Source: Patescibacteria group bacterium (lineage in GTDB: Bacteria; Patescibacteriota; Patescibacteriia; JAHIZJ01). Taken from it: a DNA stretch of 64,000 nt. Within the stretch, counting starts at the first letter, position 1, and each line of letters opens with the position of its first letter. The stretch lies in the NCBI GenBank assembly GCA_041650335.1, contig JBAZLK010000001.1:36940-100939 (forward strand). The letters are read 5' to 3'. Shown here in pieces: positions 45,013 through 56,598 of the stretch. Position numbers and translations under genes: made by a program. The notes beneath the pieces were generated by a model, which saw nothing but the letters and a program-made list of their open reading frames with translations, was not told where the DNA came from and did no database searches.

Positions 45013-45741
45013 TTACTGTTGTGATCGGGCAAACACGACACCCCAGACTTTTCCGGCGCCGGCCTTACGAAGCGTCTGGGCGCAGGCTTCGAGCGTGGCG
45101 AGCGTCGTAGCCACATCATCAATAAGTATAACGGTTTGACCAGATATGACAACCCCTGGTTTGACCCGGAAGGCGACTGTCAAATTAGCTAAACGTTCAG
45201 CGCGCGCCAGCTGGGCCTGCGGACTGGTGTAATGGGTGCGGCCAAGTATATCAGTTCGTATCGGCCAGTCAAGCGCTTGCCCAAAGGCTCGGGCGATTGT
45301 CTCAGCTTGATTAAAACCGCGCTCATTCTTCCGTTGCCAATGAAGCGGAACCGGGATAACAATCGGTTTTTGGTTGGAGGAGCTGATCAGCGCTTGTTGT
45401 GTTGCTACGCCTGAGGCGAGCTCTTGTCCGATGGACGCGCCTAGCTCTTCAATAAACTGGTATTTTAAGGCATGAACGCACGTTTGGACCAAGGGTTGTT
45501 GATAATCTGCCCGGACAAACAACCCGGCAAGAGCGGTCTGTTTTGAGCAATCGGGACAGGTCAGGTTTGTCGATTGCGGTCGGTGACAGAAGGGGCACTC
45601 AGGCTGAGGGATTGGGCTGATATGCTTCCGGCAGTCATCGCAGAGCCAGCGGTCATACCGGCCGCAGCCGCCGACGCAGCGGATCGGGAAAACACAGTCG
45701 AGAACAAATTGCCGGACACGTTGAAGTATTTTTTCGTACAT
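45013..45741 (-). CDS. comFC: ComF-family competence protein (ComFC; zinc finger + phosphoribosyltransferase domain)
   Basis: N-terminal CxxC pairs and a C-terminal PRTase motif VILIDDVATTLATL. Confidence 0.8.
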   Translation of the reverse strand: MYEKILQRVRQFVLDCVFPIRCVGGCGRYDRWLCDDCRKHISPIPQPECPFCHRPQSTNLTCPDCSKQTALAGLFVRADYQQPLVQTCVHALKYQFIEELGASIGQELASGVATQQALISSSNQKPIVIPVPLHWQRKNERGFNQAETIARAFGQALDWPIRTDILGRTHYTSPQAQLARAERLANLTVAFRVKPGVVISGQTVILIDDVATTLATLEACAQTLRKAGAGKVWGVVFARSQQ

Positions 45742-45773
45742 AAAAAGGCGCGTGCTCCCAACCGCCTTTTTCG

Positions 45774-48260
45774 CTATGATTTTCGGATGACGATTTTTTG
45801 TTTTTGGACGTCGAGTTTTAAAGCGGCGCCCGATTCGAGCTGGCCGGAAATAATTTCCTCGGCCAATTTTGTTTCGATTTCGTCTTGGATGATTTTTCGT
45901 ACCGCCCGGGCGCCCTCCTCGGGTTTAAAGGCTTTTTTGGCGATGTATTTGATGGCGACTGGCGTTGCCCGAACAGTGAGTTGATGATGACCCAGGCGCT
46001 GTTCCAGAGCGGCCAGCTGAAGCTGGACGATTTGTTCAACAACCGGCTCGGTCAATGGCCGAAAGACAATAATATTGTCGAGCCGATTGATAAATTCTGG
46101 CCGGAAAGATTTCTTTAAATTTTGCAGAATATCCTGTTTGATACTTTCGTACGAATTTTCTGGATCGTCGGTCGGAGCGGCGGATCGGAAACCGACTTTA
46201 GCGGCGCGGTTGAGTTCGGCCACGCCGACGTTCGAGGTCATGATGATGACGGTGTTTTTGAAGTTCACCTTTTTGCCGACTGCATCGGTCAACTGGCCAT
46301 CCTCCAGCACCTGAAGGAGAAGATTAAAGACGTCCGGGTGGGCTTTTTCGATCTCGTCGAATAACACCACGACATACGGCTTGCGTCGGACGATTTCGGT
46401 CAGCTTGCCGCCTTCTTTGTAGCCGACGTAGCCGGGCGGCGCCCCGATTAATTTTGAGGCCTGAAAACTCTCGCCAAACTCGGACATATCGATGCGGAGC
46501 AGGGCTTTTGGGTCCTCGAAAACAACATCGGCAATGACCTTGGCCAGCTCAGTTTTTCCGACCCCGGAGGGTCCGAGAAACATAAACGACCCAATCGGTC
46601 GGTTTGGCTCGGTCAGGCCGGCGCGCGCCCGGCGAAGGCAACGCGCGACCGTCTGGACGGCTTCGGTTTGGCCGATAATGCGTTCGGCCAGATCGTGTTC
46701 GAGGCGGAGAAGCTTATCCTTTTCTTCTTTAAGCAGCTCAGTGACCGGGATTTTTGTCATCCGAGCGACAATTTCGGCGATGTCTTTTTGAGTTATTTCG
46801 CCTTGGAGCTCGGTTTGTTCCTGGCGCTGTTTTTCTTTCAATATGCTGATGCGACGCCGCAGTAATTCCTGCTGGGTTTTGAGGCGCATTGCCCCTTGAA
46901 ACTGTTCGGCCGCCACTGCCTCGTGTTTTTTCTTTTCCGAGTCCTTGATCTGCTTGGAGAGATGGAGTATTTCTTTTGTCCGTTCGTCCTGTTTTCGGCC
47001 CACCTTGTGCTTCGAAGCCGCCTCGTCGATGAGGTCGATCGCCTTATCAGGAAAAAACTTATCCTGAAGATACCGTTGGCTGAACCGAACCGCCGCACGG
47101 AGCGCGGCATCGGAAATGTTTACCTGGTGGAAGAGCTCGTAGTTTTTCTTAATCCCGCGCAGCACGTCAAGGGTTTCTTCCGGGCTCGGTTCTTCCACGA
47201 GGATCGGCTGGAAGCGGCGCTCGAGCGCCGGGTCAGATTCGATGTGTTTGCGGTATTCGTCGAGCGTGGTCGCGCCGATGCAGCGAATCTCGCCTTTTGC
47301 CAAAGCCGGTTTCAAGATATTGGCGGCATCAAGCGTCCCGGTTGCTCCGCCGGTACCGATGATCGTGTGTAGTTCGTCGATAAAGAGAATAATATTCGGG
47401 TCTTTCTTTATTTCGTCGATGATTTGTTTGAAGCGGGCTTCAAATTCCCCTCGGTAGATTGTCCCGGCAATTACCAGTCCAAGGTCAAGATTCAAAATGC
47501 GTTTATCGAGGAGAATGTCCGGAACTTCGTGATTGAGTATTTTTTTCGCCAAACCCTCGACAATAGCGGTTTTTCCCACGCCCGGATCGCCGATTAAGAC
47601 CGGATTATTCTTCGTCCGGCGTGAGAGGATGTGGATCAGGCGGTCGATTTCATCAATTCGGCCGATCACCGGATCGATTTTTTTCTGGAGGCGCTCAGAG
47701 GTCAGGTCGGTGCAAAAGAAATCAAGGGCGGGTGTAGTCGGACTGCCATCGGGCTGAAGTGCTAATTCACCATTTTTATCGAAAATCTCTGTCAGGTCTG
47801 GAAATTTTGAAGTGCTTTTCAGTACCTGCAACAACTGTTGGTTTAAGTGTTGAAGATTGACCTGGCTGCGCTGCAGCATGGAGTGAATATTCGGTTCTTT
47901 GAGCTGGGTGAGGGCGTAAAGGAGATGTTCCGTGCCAATATATTTATGGTTGTGCTGGCGGGCGGTGGTTGTTGCTTTAACAAGCGCCTCTTTGGCGAGT
48001 GGGGAGAAATCAATCGGCTTCGCCGGCGCTTGACTGGCAGCGGGTTTGATTTTTTCGAGGATAACTGTTTTCGCCACATCCTTTTTCAAGCCGACTTTGT
48101 GGAGAATTTCCGAACCGAGGCTGCCGCGCTGAGAAAGAAGGCTGTATAACAAATGCTCCGGCTGCGTGGCCGGGTGGCCCCACTCCTGAGTCAACTCCGT
48201 GGCTCGTACCAAGGTTCGCTTCAGGTGGGTGGTAAATTTATTGAGCGTGTCGAGATTCAT
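45774..48260 (-). CDS. clpC: ATP-dependent Clp protease ATP-binding subunit ClpC-like
   Basis: Two Clp_N repeats and two AAA+ modules ([15 protein letters not shown]; [14 protein letters not shown]). It has a short middle domain and a VGF ClpP-docking tripeptide. Confidence 0.9.
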   Translation of the reverse strand: MNLDTLNKFTTHLKRTLVRATELTQEWGHPATQPEHLLYSLLSQRGSLGSEILHKVGLKKDVAKTVILEKIKPAASQAPAKPIDFSPLAKEALVKATTTARQHNHKYIGTEHLLYALTQLKEPNIHSMLQRSQVNLQHLNQQLLQVLKSTSKFPDLTEIFDKNGELALQPDGSPTTPALDFFCTDLTSERLQKKIDPVIGRIDEIDRLIHILSRRTKNNPVLIGDPGVGKTAIVEGLAKKILNHEVPDILLDKRILNLDLGLVIAGTIYRGEFEARFKQIIDEIKKDPNIILFIDELHTIIGTGGATGTLDAANILKPALAKGEIRCIGATTLDEYRKHIESDPALERRFQPILVEEPSPEETLDVLRGIKKNYELFHQVNISDAALRAAVRFSQRYLQDKFFPDKAIDLIDEAASKHKVGRKQDERTKEILHLSKQIKDSEKKKHEAVAAEQFQGAMRLKTQQELLRRRISILKEKQRQEQTELQGEITQKDIAEIVARMTKIPVTELLKEEKDKLLRLEHDLAERIIGQTEAVQTVARCLRRARAGLTEPNRPIGSFMFLGPSGVGKTELAKVIADVVFEDPKALLRIDMSEFGESFQASKLIGAPPGYVGYKEGGKLTEIVRRKPYVVVLFDEIEKAHPDVFNLLLQVLEDGQLTDAVGKKVNFKNTVIIMTSNVGVAELNRAAKVGFRSAAPTDDPENSYESIKQDILQNLKKSFRPEFINRLDNIIVFRPLTEPVVEQIVQLQLAALEQRLGHHQLTVRATPVAIKYIAKKAFKPEEGARAVRKIIQDEIETKLAEEIISGQLESGAALKLDVQKQKIVIRKS

Positions 48261-48263
48261 GAC

Positions 48264-49157
48264 TTAGGCCATTGTGCGCAAGGCTTTTATACGTTCTTCG
48301 ATTGGCGGGTGGGTGGAGAAGAGGTTCCGGAAGGATTTGCCGGACCCGCCAAACGGATTGGAGATATAGAGATGGGCGGTAGCAGTGTTGACGCGGCGCA
48401 GCGGCTGCTTGTATTGGCCGATTTTTTCCAGCGCCTTGGCCAGACCCTCGGGATAGCGAGTCAGCAAGGCGCCGGACGCGTCAGCCAAGAATTCCCGACG
48501 ACGGGAAACGGCGAATTGGATCAACCGAGCAAAGAGGGGGGACAGAATAATCAGCACCAGTCCAAAAATCGCAAAGATGTCGTTTCCCTCGCGCCGGCGA
48601 CTGCCGCGAAACAAACTGCCTCGAAAGAAAATATCTGCCAGGAGAGTGATTACGCCAACGGAGACGATGACGATCATCATCAGCCGGATATCGTAGTTTT
48701 TCACGTGCGAGAGCTCGTGCGCGATCACGCCCTCAAGCTCTTCGTTTTCGAGGCTCTGAATGAGGCCGGTAGTAATGGCAATCGAGGCGTGTTTCGGGTC
48801 GCGGCCGGTGGCAAAGGCATTCGGAGCGGGGTCGTCAATCACGTAGACCTTTGGTATCAGCAGGCCGGCGGTGATGCAGAGATTCTCAACCATTCGATAG
48901 ACATAGGGATTTTCCTCTTTGGTGATGGCCCGCGCGCCGGCGGTGGCCAAGGCGATTTTATCGCCCGAAAAGTAACTGACCAAGCTCAGTGATCCGGCGA
49001 TGATTACCGCGAGAGCAATCGCGACGCCCGGGGACTGCGACCATTGGCCAACTGCCCAGCCTAAGCCGAGAACAACCATCACAAATAACAACATGAGTAT
49101 GACGGTGGCTCGTTTATTTGATGAGATTTGGTTATACATAGTCAATGGATGAAGCAA
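48264..49157 (-). CDS. htpX: M48 zinc metalloprotease HtpX
   Basis: HELSH motif and four TM helices. Confidence 0.9.
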   Translation of the reverse strand: MLHPLTMYNQISSNKRATVILMLLFVMVVLGLGWAVGQWSQSPGVAIALAVIIAGSLSLVSYFSGDKIALATAGARAITKEENPYVYRMVENLCITAGLLIPKVYVIDDPAPNAFATGRDPKHASIAITTGLIQSLENEELEGVIAHELSHVKNYDIRLMMIVIVSVGVITLLADIFFRGSLFRGSRRREGNDIFAIFGLVLIILSPLFARLIQFAVSRRREFLADASGALLTRYPEGLAKALEKIGQYKQPLRRVNTATAHLYISNPFGGSGKSFRNLFSTHPPIEERIKALRTMA

Positions 49158-49209
49158 ACGGCTGAAGATCAGCCGTCCACTTGCGAATTATATTGTCTGA
49201 GAGGACCGT

Positions 49210-49767
49210 TTAGAACTTCACTTGCGGGGCTTTGCGTTCAGCTTCACCTTCCAGTTCGAAGAATTCCCGTTTCTTGAAGCCCAGCATGCCGGCGATTAAA
49301 GTGTTCGGGAAGGTTTGGAGCATGATGTTGAAATCCCGGACGTTGCCGTTGTAGAAGCGGCGGGCAGCCTGGATCTTATTTTCCGTGTCAGACAGCTCGT
49401 CCTGGAGTTTGGCGAAGTTATTCGAGGCCTTTAAGTCTGGGTAATTCTCAGCTACGGCAAAGAGAGATTTCAGGGTGCTCGAGAGAGCATTCTCAGCTTT
49501 GGCTTTATCAGCCGGCGATTTGGCGCCCATGGCCGTGGCGCGGGCCGCAGTCACATTTTCGAACACCTCACGTTCATGCGTCGCATACCCTTTGACGGTC
49601 TCGATCAAGTTTGGGATCAAATCATAGCGCCGTTTTAATTGGACGTCGATATCCGACCAGGCTTCGTCGGTCTGGTTCTTGCGTCGGATCAAGCCATTGT
49701 AGACGGCAATGAACCAGAATACGATGATGACGATAACGCCGAGGATAATCCAGGTAATAGTTGACAT
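49210..49767 (-). CDS. lemA: LemA-family protein
   Basis: N-terminal TM helix and the conserved LemA core (YNGLIRRKNQ...RRFYNGNVRDFN). Confidence 0.85.
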   Translation of the reverse strand: MSTITWIILGVIVIIVFWFIAVYNGLIRRKNQTDEAWSDIDVQLKRRYDLIPNLIETVKGYATHEREVFENVTAARATAMGAKSPADKAKAENALSSTLKSLFAVAENYPDLKASNNFAKLQDELSDTENKIQAARRFYNGNVRDFNIMLQTFPNTLIAGMLGFKKREFFELEGEAERKAPQVKF

Positions 49768-49926
49768 ACGTTTTTTTCCTTTGTACTCTTACATTGACAC
49801 TAAAGTAGAAATATGTTAAAATTTCAAGTAGGTTGGCTGAATTTCATTTTGATTATATAATTTAGCTAACCAGGTGTCAAAAGAAACACACCAACCGGGT
49901 AATTACCCAATAAATTACATACTACA

Positions 49927-52900
49927 ATGAACATGGTAGGGAAACTCATAAGGAATCTTTTGCAAAAAAAGATTTTTTATTTTGGCATTGTGGCAATAAT
50001 TCTGGGGCTCTCATTTTGCCATCACGCCTTTATCCACTCCACCCACGCCGCGCCGGCTTGTAGCTCCTATCAAGTCTGCTCGAGTCCGCAGTGGAATGAA
50101 GGCCCTCATATCTTTTATAGCGTCACCCCGGAGAGCTTAATCATGGGTAATCACGTGGTAGAGCTGCGGGTTGACAACTGTAACTTTCATGAACCGTCTG
50201 ACCCACCTGATAGTGGCTTTAACCGGTATGTTTTGCGAAGGGACGGAGGCACTTCTGAAGACGGTAATGATATAGAATCCACGTATGGCTATCAGGCCGG
50301 CCAGTATCTGTATCTCGGTTTTGATCTGACTGGTGTGGGGGCGGGGTATTACAGCCTGATCCACTACTATTCGACAATGACTCACTGTAATCCTGACACT
50401 TGGAGTCCTGGCAAGGATAATTTGGAGTTGCCCGATCCCCCGTATGAGTACCACGATCTCATCAGCGATGATTATGCTCCAAAGAAAACGTACGGAAGAA
50501 AAATATTGGTCTATTCTCCAGCCATCGTCGGCTGGGGATGGTTTGGCGCAGCCACGCCGGGTGATACCAGTTGTCGTGATTCGCGCGGTCAGCCATATCC
50601 CTGCGGTTCGCCTGCCTGGATGAGTTTGAATTGTATGAGCGACACTATCGGCGGGACCAGCCGCAATCGATGCTATGATGCTGTCGAAAACCCAACCGGG
50701 ATTGATTATGGTTTGAGTTTGTTCTATGACATGGATCATTTCCGTATTCGTGGCCAGGCTTGGCTCGGCATCCATAGCGACAACGATTCCAATCCGGCAA
50801 ATAATACCGGAATTGGCTGGACGAATTTTGATCCGACGATCGATCAGGGCAACCCCTATTCTGCGGTGCCGACACTGGCTGGCACGACGGTGGCTCAAGC
50901 CAGCTACAACGAAGATACGGGCGCGGTCTATGGCTGGGCGCGGATACAAACGCTCCAGGAAGAAGGGACGAATACCCGTTGCTCAACAATGGCTCGCGAT
51001 TGGAGCGGCGTGCCGATCAGTTTGCTGGGCAGTCTCAATGGTCTCTCTGGCCATCTCGTTGAAGCGCCAGACCACACTCTTCATGCGACCTGGGTCGGTC
51101 CAGGCCCCGACCAGTCGGTCTATTATGATTATCAAACCGCCGGCTTATGGCTGACAAACCCGGTTAATCTGTCAAATATCGCTGGCGGGGAAATTGGCAA
51201 CTCTGTTCCAGACATCTCGGTCGAGTCTGATGGTACCGTCTACGTATCATACATACACCAGGGGACGGATATACGCCTGTTTTCATGCAGCTCGAGTTGC
51301 GATGATTCAGCGAATTGGTCCTTTACTGATGCAGTGACAGGTGTCGTCGGCTTAGCGGATCAAGTGCTCGCCACGACAAAAGATATCAGCCGTACGATTT
51401 ACGTCTTCTATCAGGTAAACGGTGACGTGTTCATTATCACCAGTCAAGACGGTAGCGCCTGGACGGTTCCTGAAAATATCTCAGACTCCGGGACGGCGTC
51501 TTGGCCTCGCCTGGCCGTCGATTTTCAGGATAATATCCACGTCGTCTGGCAAGACGGATCAAATATATACTATCGGAAATACACCAACGGCTCTGGCTGG
51601 TCGCCGGATTTATCCTCACCAGGCACGCAGGTAAACGTACTTGGCGCCAGCGCTCATCCCGCCATCGCGGTTGACCCCGAGGCCAATCCTCACATCGCAT
51701 ATGAGACCGCTCCAAACATCGTTTATCGGAAACACACTCCAATTGGCGGCTGGTATTCGGAAATACAGGTAACCAGCGGTACAAACGACACTAATCCGAT
51801 TATCGCCTATGGGAATGATTACCGGGCCCATGTTCTGTATCTCGACAACGCCCACGTTCCCAACAAGAAGATTTTATACTCGGAATCAACCAACGGGAAG
51901 GATTGGTCTACGCCCAACCCAATCTATGATGAAAATACCGTCGATCAATTATCGCCTGACGCAATCGTGACAAAAAATAACTATGTCCAGGCGCTCTTTA
52001 GTCGTCCGGGGGACGTGATCCATCAAACCGTATCCACCGGCGTCTACGGCGACTCCTGTACGGCGCCGAGTCCGACCGATGTGTCGGGAACGGACTGGGG
52101 CTGGGTAAGTCTCCGGGGCGGGTTAGGCATGTGTGGGGCCACGCAATGCGCCACCCCCCAAGATTATGCTGATGTTCTCGAAACGATCGGTCCGGGTTTC
52201 CGGGGTTGTTACGCCTGTGATGAAACGGCGAAGTCCTGCAAGATTTGTGAAATCATCGATCAAGATTATGGCGCTCCTAATATGACAACACCGCCTCGCT
52301 ACGCCTGCAATGTCTGTACCAGCTGTGGAAAATGCGATAATCAGCCGACCATATCTTGCTATGATGATACGCCGTGTAATGGTGGGAGCTGCGTGATTAA
52401 TAGTAAATGCTCACGTACCGGAGTAGCCTGCGATCAAGATAATCCGTGCGAGTGGACCGAGGGCGAAAAAAACGAATGCGTGCCGGCCTGTGCATCTTGC
52501 GATTCCTGTAATATCTGGGGCGTATCGATCGACGGTGATCTTGCGACTGGAGCAAATTTTCACGGCTACGCCTGGTCTGCCGGCGGAACAGTGGATATCA
52601 CCGGTCAGCCGGGTTCATACAATTCTGGCGACACCGATTCTGCCTATAACTTGACGCTGGCCGGCTCGTGCAGTAGCGCGAATGATTGTGTTGCCGGCGG
52701 CTGGGTGATTAACAGTCCAGCCAATCCGAACTTTAATACCGCCAGCCAGCTATGCGGCAAGGATGCAGACTTTGGTCTGGGAGGTGGAACACTTAATGGT
52801 TGGGGGGCTTGCCAGGTCCGTGGTCCCGGGGCGTCAACGAAATATTTCACCAAAGACCTTCCGGCTTCTATCACCCAGGCTGGTAACTATTTTCTATCAC

Positions 52901-54168
52901 TTAAGGCGGTCTATGACACCTCGGTGAATGAAAATGTTGTTGTTGAAATTCTCGATAATGCGACTGACGGAAATGTTATTAATACATTAACCTCGGCCGA
53001 TCTGAATAACGCCGGAAAAGCTGTTAAAACCTGCACATTCTCCAACGAGGTCTATCTCGAGCCGGGCAACCTATTGCGCTTTACGTCGGTAAACGATGTT
53101 GATATCGAAATTGACTCGTTCCAGATTACGAGTCTGCCGGTCAGCAACGTGAACTGCGAGCTGAATAATGAGTTAACCGAGGTCTATGTCGATGAGGTCG
53201 GATTCGGCTTCATGGATTATAGCAATGTGTCCACGCTCGACCCGTGGATTCAGACGCAATACGGCAATATTTATTCAGGCGGGGCAGTTGGTCCGGGCGG
53301 CGGAGCGCCAGCCGGAGCCATGAACTCGACCTATATCATTGGCACGGCCGAAGGCGCAGGAATTGATAGTAGCTGGATTGCTCCGATCATTCGGGAAGGG
53401 ACGGAAACGACGTTCGGATTACCGTCGCCCGAACATAATTATCGAAATCCGCTCGGAAAAATACCATATGCAGAGCTGAGTAAGTCAGCCGGCAGTAATC
53501 CCTACAGCGATCGTGTAATCGAGTTTAACAAAGACACGTTGCCGGATTGCCAACCGAATGGATCAATCTACTGGAGCGAAGTAAAAAACACTGTCATACC
53601 GCCGAATGGAAAAGGCCCATTGCGGAAAGGAATCTATCATTTTGGGCGGAGTAATGAAGCCTGCAACCTCGTCATTGATCAGGAAATGGAACTTGAAAAC
53701 GGTAACAATGAAAACGGTTCTGGAACCTTCTTGATTGAGGGCGACCTGGTTGTTGACGCTAACATCTCGGTGAAAGAAACTGGCAACCAGATAGATGTCA
53801 TTAGTGAGCTCGCTTCGGCTGGGTTCATCGTAAAGGGGAACGTAAAAATAAAGGGCTCAGTCACTGAGATAGTCGGCGCCTATGCTGTCATCGGCTGCGA
53901 TGATGCCGGCGGGAACTGCCAGGGCGATCCATTAAGCCATGTTGGCTTGTTCGATACGGCGTATGACACCGATGCGTCAACCGATCAATTCAAGCTGTAT
54001 GGCGTGGTTATTGCCTATCGCTATGACTTCGGACGCAAGTATTCTGGCCTGGAAGGCGCCGAGGTCTTCACAAACAATGGCGTTCTTCAAGCCAATCCTC
54101 CGCCCGGATTTGTGAACATTTCAACAGCCACGAAGATTTCGGCCGAAAGACCATTTACCACTCCCTAA
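49927..54168 (+). CDS. giant (1413 aa) secreted/cell-surface protein with BNR/Asp-box beta-propeller repeats and Cys-rich modules
   Basis: N-terminal signal anchor. Repeated S-x-D-G-x-x-W units (SQDGSAWT, YTNGSGWS, STNGKDWS) and a Cys-rich stretch around residues 720-850. Confidence 0.6.
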   Translation: MNMVGKLIRNLLQKKIFYFGIVAIILGLSFCHHAFIHSTHAAPACSSYQVCSSPQWNEGPHIFYSVTPESLIMGNHVVELRVDNCNFHEPSDPPDSGFNRYVLRRDGGTSEDGNDIESTYGYQAGQYLYLGFDLTGVGAGYYSLIHYYSTMTHCNPDTWSPGKDNLELPDPPYEYHDLISDDYAPKKTYGRKILVYSPAIVGWGWFGAATPGDTSCRDSRGQPYPCGSPAWMSLNCMSDTIGGTSRNRCYDAVENPTGIDYGLSLFYDMDHFRIRGQAWLGIHSDNDSNPANNTGIGWTNFDPTIDQGNPYSAVPTLAGTTVAQASYNEDTGAVYGWARIQTLQEEGTNTRCSTMARDWSGVPISLLGSLNGLSGHLVEAPDHTLHATWVGPGPDQSVYYDYQTAGLWLTNPVNLSNIAGGEIGNSVPDISVESDGTVYVSYIHQGTDIRLFSCSSSCDDSANWSFTDAVTGVVGLADQVLATTKDISRTIYVFYQVNGDVFIITSQDGSAWTVPENISDSGTASWPRLAVDFQDNIHVVWQDGSNIYYRKYTNGSGWSPDLSSPGTQVNVLGASAHPAIAVDPEANPHIAYETAPNIVYRKHTPIGGWYSEIQVTSGTNDTNPIIAYGNDYRAHVLYLDNAHVPNKKILYSESTNGKDWSTPNPIYDENTVDQLSPDAIVTKNNYVQALFSRPGDVIHQTVSTGVYGDSCTAPSPTDVSGTDWGWVSLRGGLGMCGATQCATPQDYADVLETIGPGFRGCYACDETAKSCKICEIIDQDYGAPNMTTPPRYACNVCTSCGKCDNQPTISCYDDTPCNGGSCVINSKCSRTGVACDQDNPCEWTEGEKNECVPACASCDSCNIWGVSIDGDLATGANFHGYAWSAGGTVDITGQPGSYNSGDTDSAYNLTLAGSCSSANDCVAGGWVINSPANPNFNTASQLCGKDADFGLGGGTLNGWGACQVRGPGASTKYFTKDLPASITQAGNYFLSLKAVYDTSVNENVVVEILDNATDGNVINTLTSADLNNAGKAVKTCTFSNEVYLEPGNLLRFTSVNDVDIEIDSFQITSLPVSNVNCELNNELTEVYVDEVGFGFMDYSNVSTLDPWIQTQYGNIYSGGAVGPGGGAPAGAMNSTYIIGTAEGAGIDSSWIAPIIREGTETTFGLPSPEHNYRNPLGKIPYAELSKSAGSNPYSDRVIEFNKDTLPDCQPNGSIYWSEVKNTVIPPNGKGPLRKGIYHFGRSNEACNLVIDQEMELENGNNENGSGTFLIEGDLVVDANISVKETGNQIDVISELASAGFIVKGNVKIKGSVTEIVGAYAVIGCDDAGGNCQGDPLSHVGLFDTAYDTDASTDQFKLYGVVIAYRYDFGRKYSGLEGAEVFTNNGVLQANPPPGFVNISTATKISAERPFTTP

Positions 54169-54189
54169 AATCAAAGCATAATATCGAAA

Positions 54190-54216
54190 AGGGCTGAATA
54201 TCAGCCCTTTTTGTTT
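54190..54216 (+). terminator. rho-independent terminator
   Basis: AGGGCTGA-ata-TCAGCCCT followed by TTTTGTTT. Confidence 0.6.
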
Positions 54217-54241
54217 AAATCTTGAATTTTTTGTAGTTTTG

Positions 54242-54250
54242 TGCTATACT
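54242..54250 (+). promoter_or_regulatory. extended -10-like element (TGcTATACT) upstream of pilM
   Basis: An additional CATAAT lies 9 nt before the ATG at 54288. Confidence 0.3.
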
Positions 54251-54287
54251 TAAATTGTAGAAAATAAACATCCACCATAATACCAAC

Positions 54288-55412
54288 ATGGGTCTATTTG
54301 CGAAAAGATTGAGTTATATCGGCATTGATATCGGCACTGCCGGTATTAAAATTGTCGAATTATTGAATGATCAGGGCAAACCGCGCCTGGCTACGTACGG
54401 GTACCTCGATGAACCGATTAATGTGGTTCGAAGCGATTCGCCGGATGCGCACGCGAAAGCTGTCCAGGTGATAAAGGAGATATTTAAGCAGGCTAAGGTC
54501 GGCACGAATCGCGTCATTTCCGCCTTGCCCAGCTTTTCCGTCTTTAGCGCGATTATCAGCTTACCGAACATGTCTCGCAAGGAGCTCGTTTCAGCTGTCC
54601 GCTGGGAAGCGAAAAAATTCGTACCCATGCCGATTGAGGAAATGATATTGGATTGGAAAGTGCTCGACGAACAGAAGAATGACGGGGCGGCGCCAAAAGC
54701 CGAGCCGGCGCCAGCGAATAAGAAAACGGGCGAACCGGCGGCCGCGGGAAAGAATTTAAACATATTACTGACCGCCGCACCGCGCAACCTCGTTCAGCGC
54801 TATCTCAATATATTTAAAGAGCTCAATGTCAAGCTCGTCGGTCTTGAGACGGAGGCCTTTGCGCTCGAACGGTCATTGATCGGGCACGATAAATCCGCCG
54901 TCATGATTGTCGATATTGGCGGCCTGAACACGAATGTCTGCGTCATGCGCGACAGCATCCCGCTCTTGAATCGAAGCATCGATGTCGGCGGGGAAACGAT
55001 CACTCGGACAATTGCGAATGGATTAAACGTCGACTTGGAACGTGCGGAACAGTTCAAGCGTGATTTTGGCATGTCGACGGACGAATCCGGCGGACAGCAG
55101 CAGATTCCGAAAACGATCGAATTCGTTATCAGTTCGATTGTCAACGAAATAAAGTACTGTTTTAATCTCTATCACAACCAATCGCTCGGGCCGACCGACG
55201 CGAACAAGGCGATTGAGAAGGTGATTTTAATTGGCGGCTCCGCATTTTTACCGTCGTTGCCAGAATATCTTTCTAAAGTCTTGAATATGCGTGTCTACGT
55301 CGGCGATCCTTGGGCACGGGTCGCCTATCCGGAAGAGCTGAAGCCGGTTTTGGCTGAGCTCGGTCCGAAGTTGGCCGTTGCCATTGGCTTAGCGATGAGA
55401 GAAATATATTAA
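54288..55412 (+). CDS. pilM: type IV pilus assembly protein PilM (actin-like ATPase)
   Basis: N-terminal IGIDIGTAGIKIVEL and overall PilM collinearity. Confidence 0.85.
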   Translation: MGLFAKRLSYIGIDIGTAGIKIVELLNDQGKPRLATYGYLDEPINVVRSDSPDAHAKAVQVIKEIFKQAKVGTNRVISALPSFSVFSAIISLPNMSRKELVSAVRWEAKKFVPMPIEEMILDWKVLDEQKNDGAAPKAEPAPANKKTGEPAAAGKNLNILLTAAPRNLVQRYLNIFKELNVKLVGLETEAFALERSLIGHDKSAVMIVDIGGLNTNVCVMRDSIPLLNRSIDVGGETITRTIANGLNVDLERAEQFKRDFGMSTDESGGQQQIPKTIEFVISSIVNEIKYCFNLYHNQSLGPTDANKAIEKVILIGGSAFLPSLPEYLSKVLNMRVYVGDPWARVAYPEELKPVLAELGPKLAVAIGLAMREIY

Positions 55413-55422
55413 TAAAAAACCT

Positions 55423-56598
55423 ATGGTAGACATCAATCTACTCGACGACACCACGGGTGAGGGGGATGAGAATAAGAATAAAAAGGCGAAGAAACCTCCC
55501 GAACGGATAGAATATACGAAACCGTCGATCGAGCCAAAAGAAAACGAACAAGAGGCAAAAGTAAAAAGTGGTTTATTGGGCGGAATATTCAAGAAAAAAA
55601 CGGTCTCGACAGCAGGCGCAGAATTGCCACCACCGCCACCCCTGTCTCGGCCATCGGCCAGGCCGATCGAGACTCGCTCGATACCGAAAGAGACGCCGGC
55701 CGCCTATGACGCGGGCCAGCCGCCAGCAAAACCAAAAACAGGAATTTTTGGAAACTGGTTTGGTCGCCGGCCGCAGCCAGCAAATCCGCCGGGTCCAGCC
55801 TCAACGCCGAACCCTCCAGGCGGGAGCGCCGAGGCGCGGTTTCGGGCGTCCTATGCCCAGAAAGAAAAGGTGAAGAAAACAGACAGTCAGGTACTGGAAG
55901 AAAAGGTGATTTCATCCAAGCAGCCTCGCGCGTTGCCGGTCGAAGAACCGCCGACTGAAGAGAAACCGTCGTTTCTCGACGTCAACCTTATGCCGGCCGA
56001 TCTCATGGTCGAGCTTGAGCCGAGAAAGAAATTGATACTGTATGCGATTGTCACTGGAATTTCCATGGCGTTTGTGGCCGCGATCTATTTCGGCCTGCAG
56101 TTCTATGAAAGCCGGATACAAAAAGATGTCGAAGAAACCTCGGGACAGATAGCGGAAGTAGAAAAAAGCATTGCCGCTCTCAGAAAAGAACAGTCGGCGG
56201 CGATTCTCTTCAAATCGCGCACCGACCAAGTGAAGGACGCCTTGGACAAGCACATCCACTGGACGAATTTCTTCAGCAAGCTCGAAGCAAACACGATCAG
56301 CGATGTCCAGTATGACAGTTTTGCTGGGTCGTTTTCCAGCGGCAGCAATCCTACGTTTTCGCTGAATGCGGTCGGTCGCGATTTTAGCTCCGTTGCTCGG
56401 CAGATAAAGGCTTTTGAGGGTCCGAAGGCGGCCGATTTTATCACCAGCGTGCGCGTCGACCGCGGGGAACGGACGCTTCCCGAAACCGCCGATGAAAAGG
56501 AGTTTGTCCGATTCGGTATTCAGTTTACCGTTTTAGAAAGTCTCTTTTATGACACCGCGAGCAGCGTAAGCTCGACCGGTGTCGAGGGGGAGGAATAA
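55423..56598 (+). CDS. pilN: PilN-like protein with long Pro-rich cytoplasmic N-terminal extension
   Basis: Two INLL-type motifs (DINLLDD, VNLMPADL), a single TM helix and a periplasmic domain. Confidence 0.7.
   Translation: MVDINLLDDTTGEGDENKNKKAKKPPERIEYTKPSIEPKENEQEAKVKSGLLGGIFKKKTVSTAGAELPPPPPLSRPSARPIETRSIPKETPAAYDAGQPPAKPKTGIFGNWFGRRPQPANPPGPASTPNPPGGSAEARFRASYAQKEKVKKTDSQVLEEKVISSKQPRALPVEEPPTEEKPSFLDVNLMPADLMVELEPRKKLILYAIVTGISMAFVAAIYFGLQFYESRIQKDVEETSGQIAEVEKSIAALRKEQSAAILFKSRTDQVKDALDKHIHWTNFFSKLEANTISDVQYDSFAGSFSSGSNPTFSLNAVGRDFSSVARQIKAFEGPKAADFITSVRVDRGERTLPETADEKEFVRFGIQFTVLESLFYDTASSVSSTGVEGEE

Noticed and set aside
50137-50949. 270-aa antisense ORF inside the giant BNR protein gene
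   Set aside because: Shadow ORF. The sense frame is continuous for 1413 codons with repeat structure.
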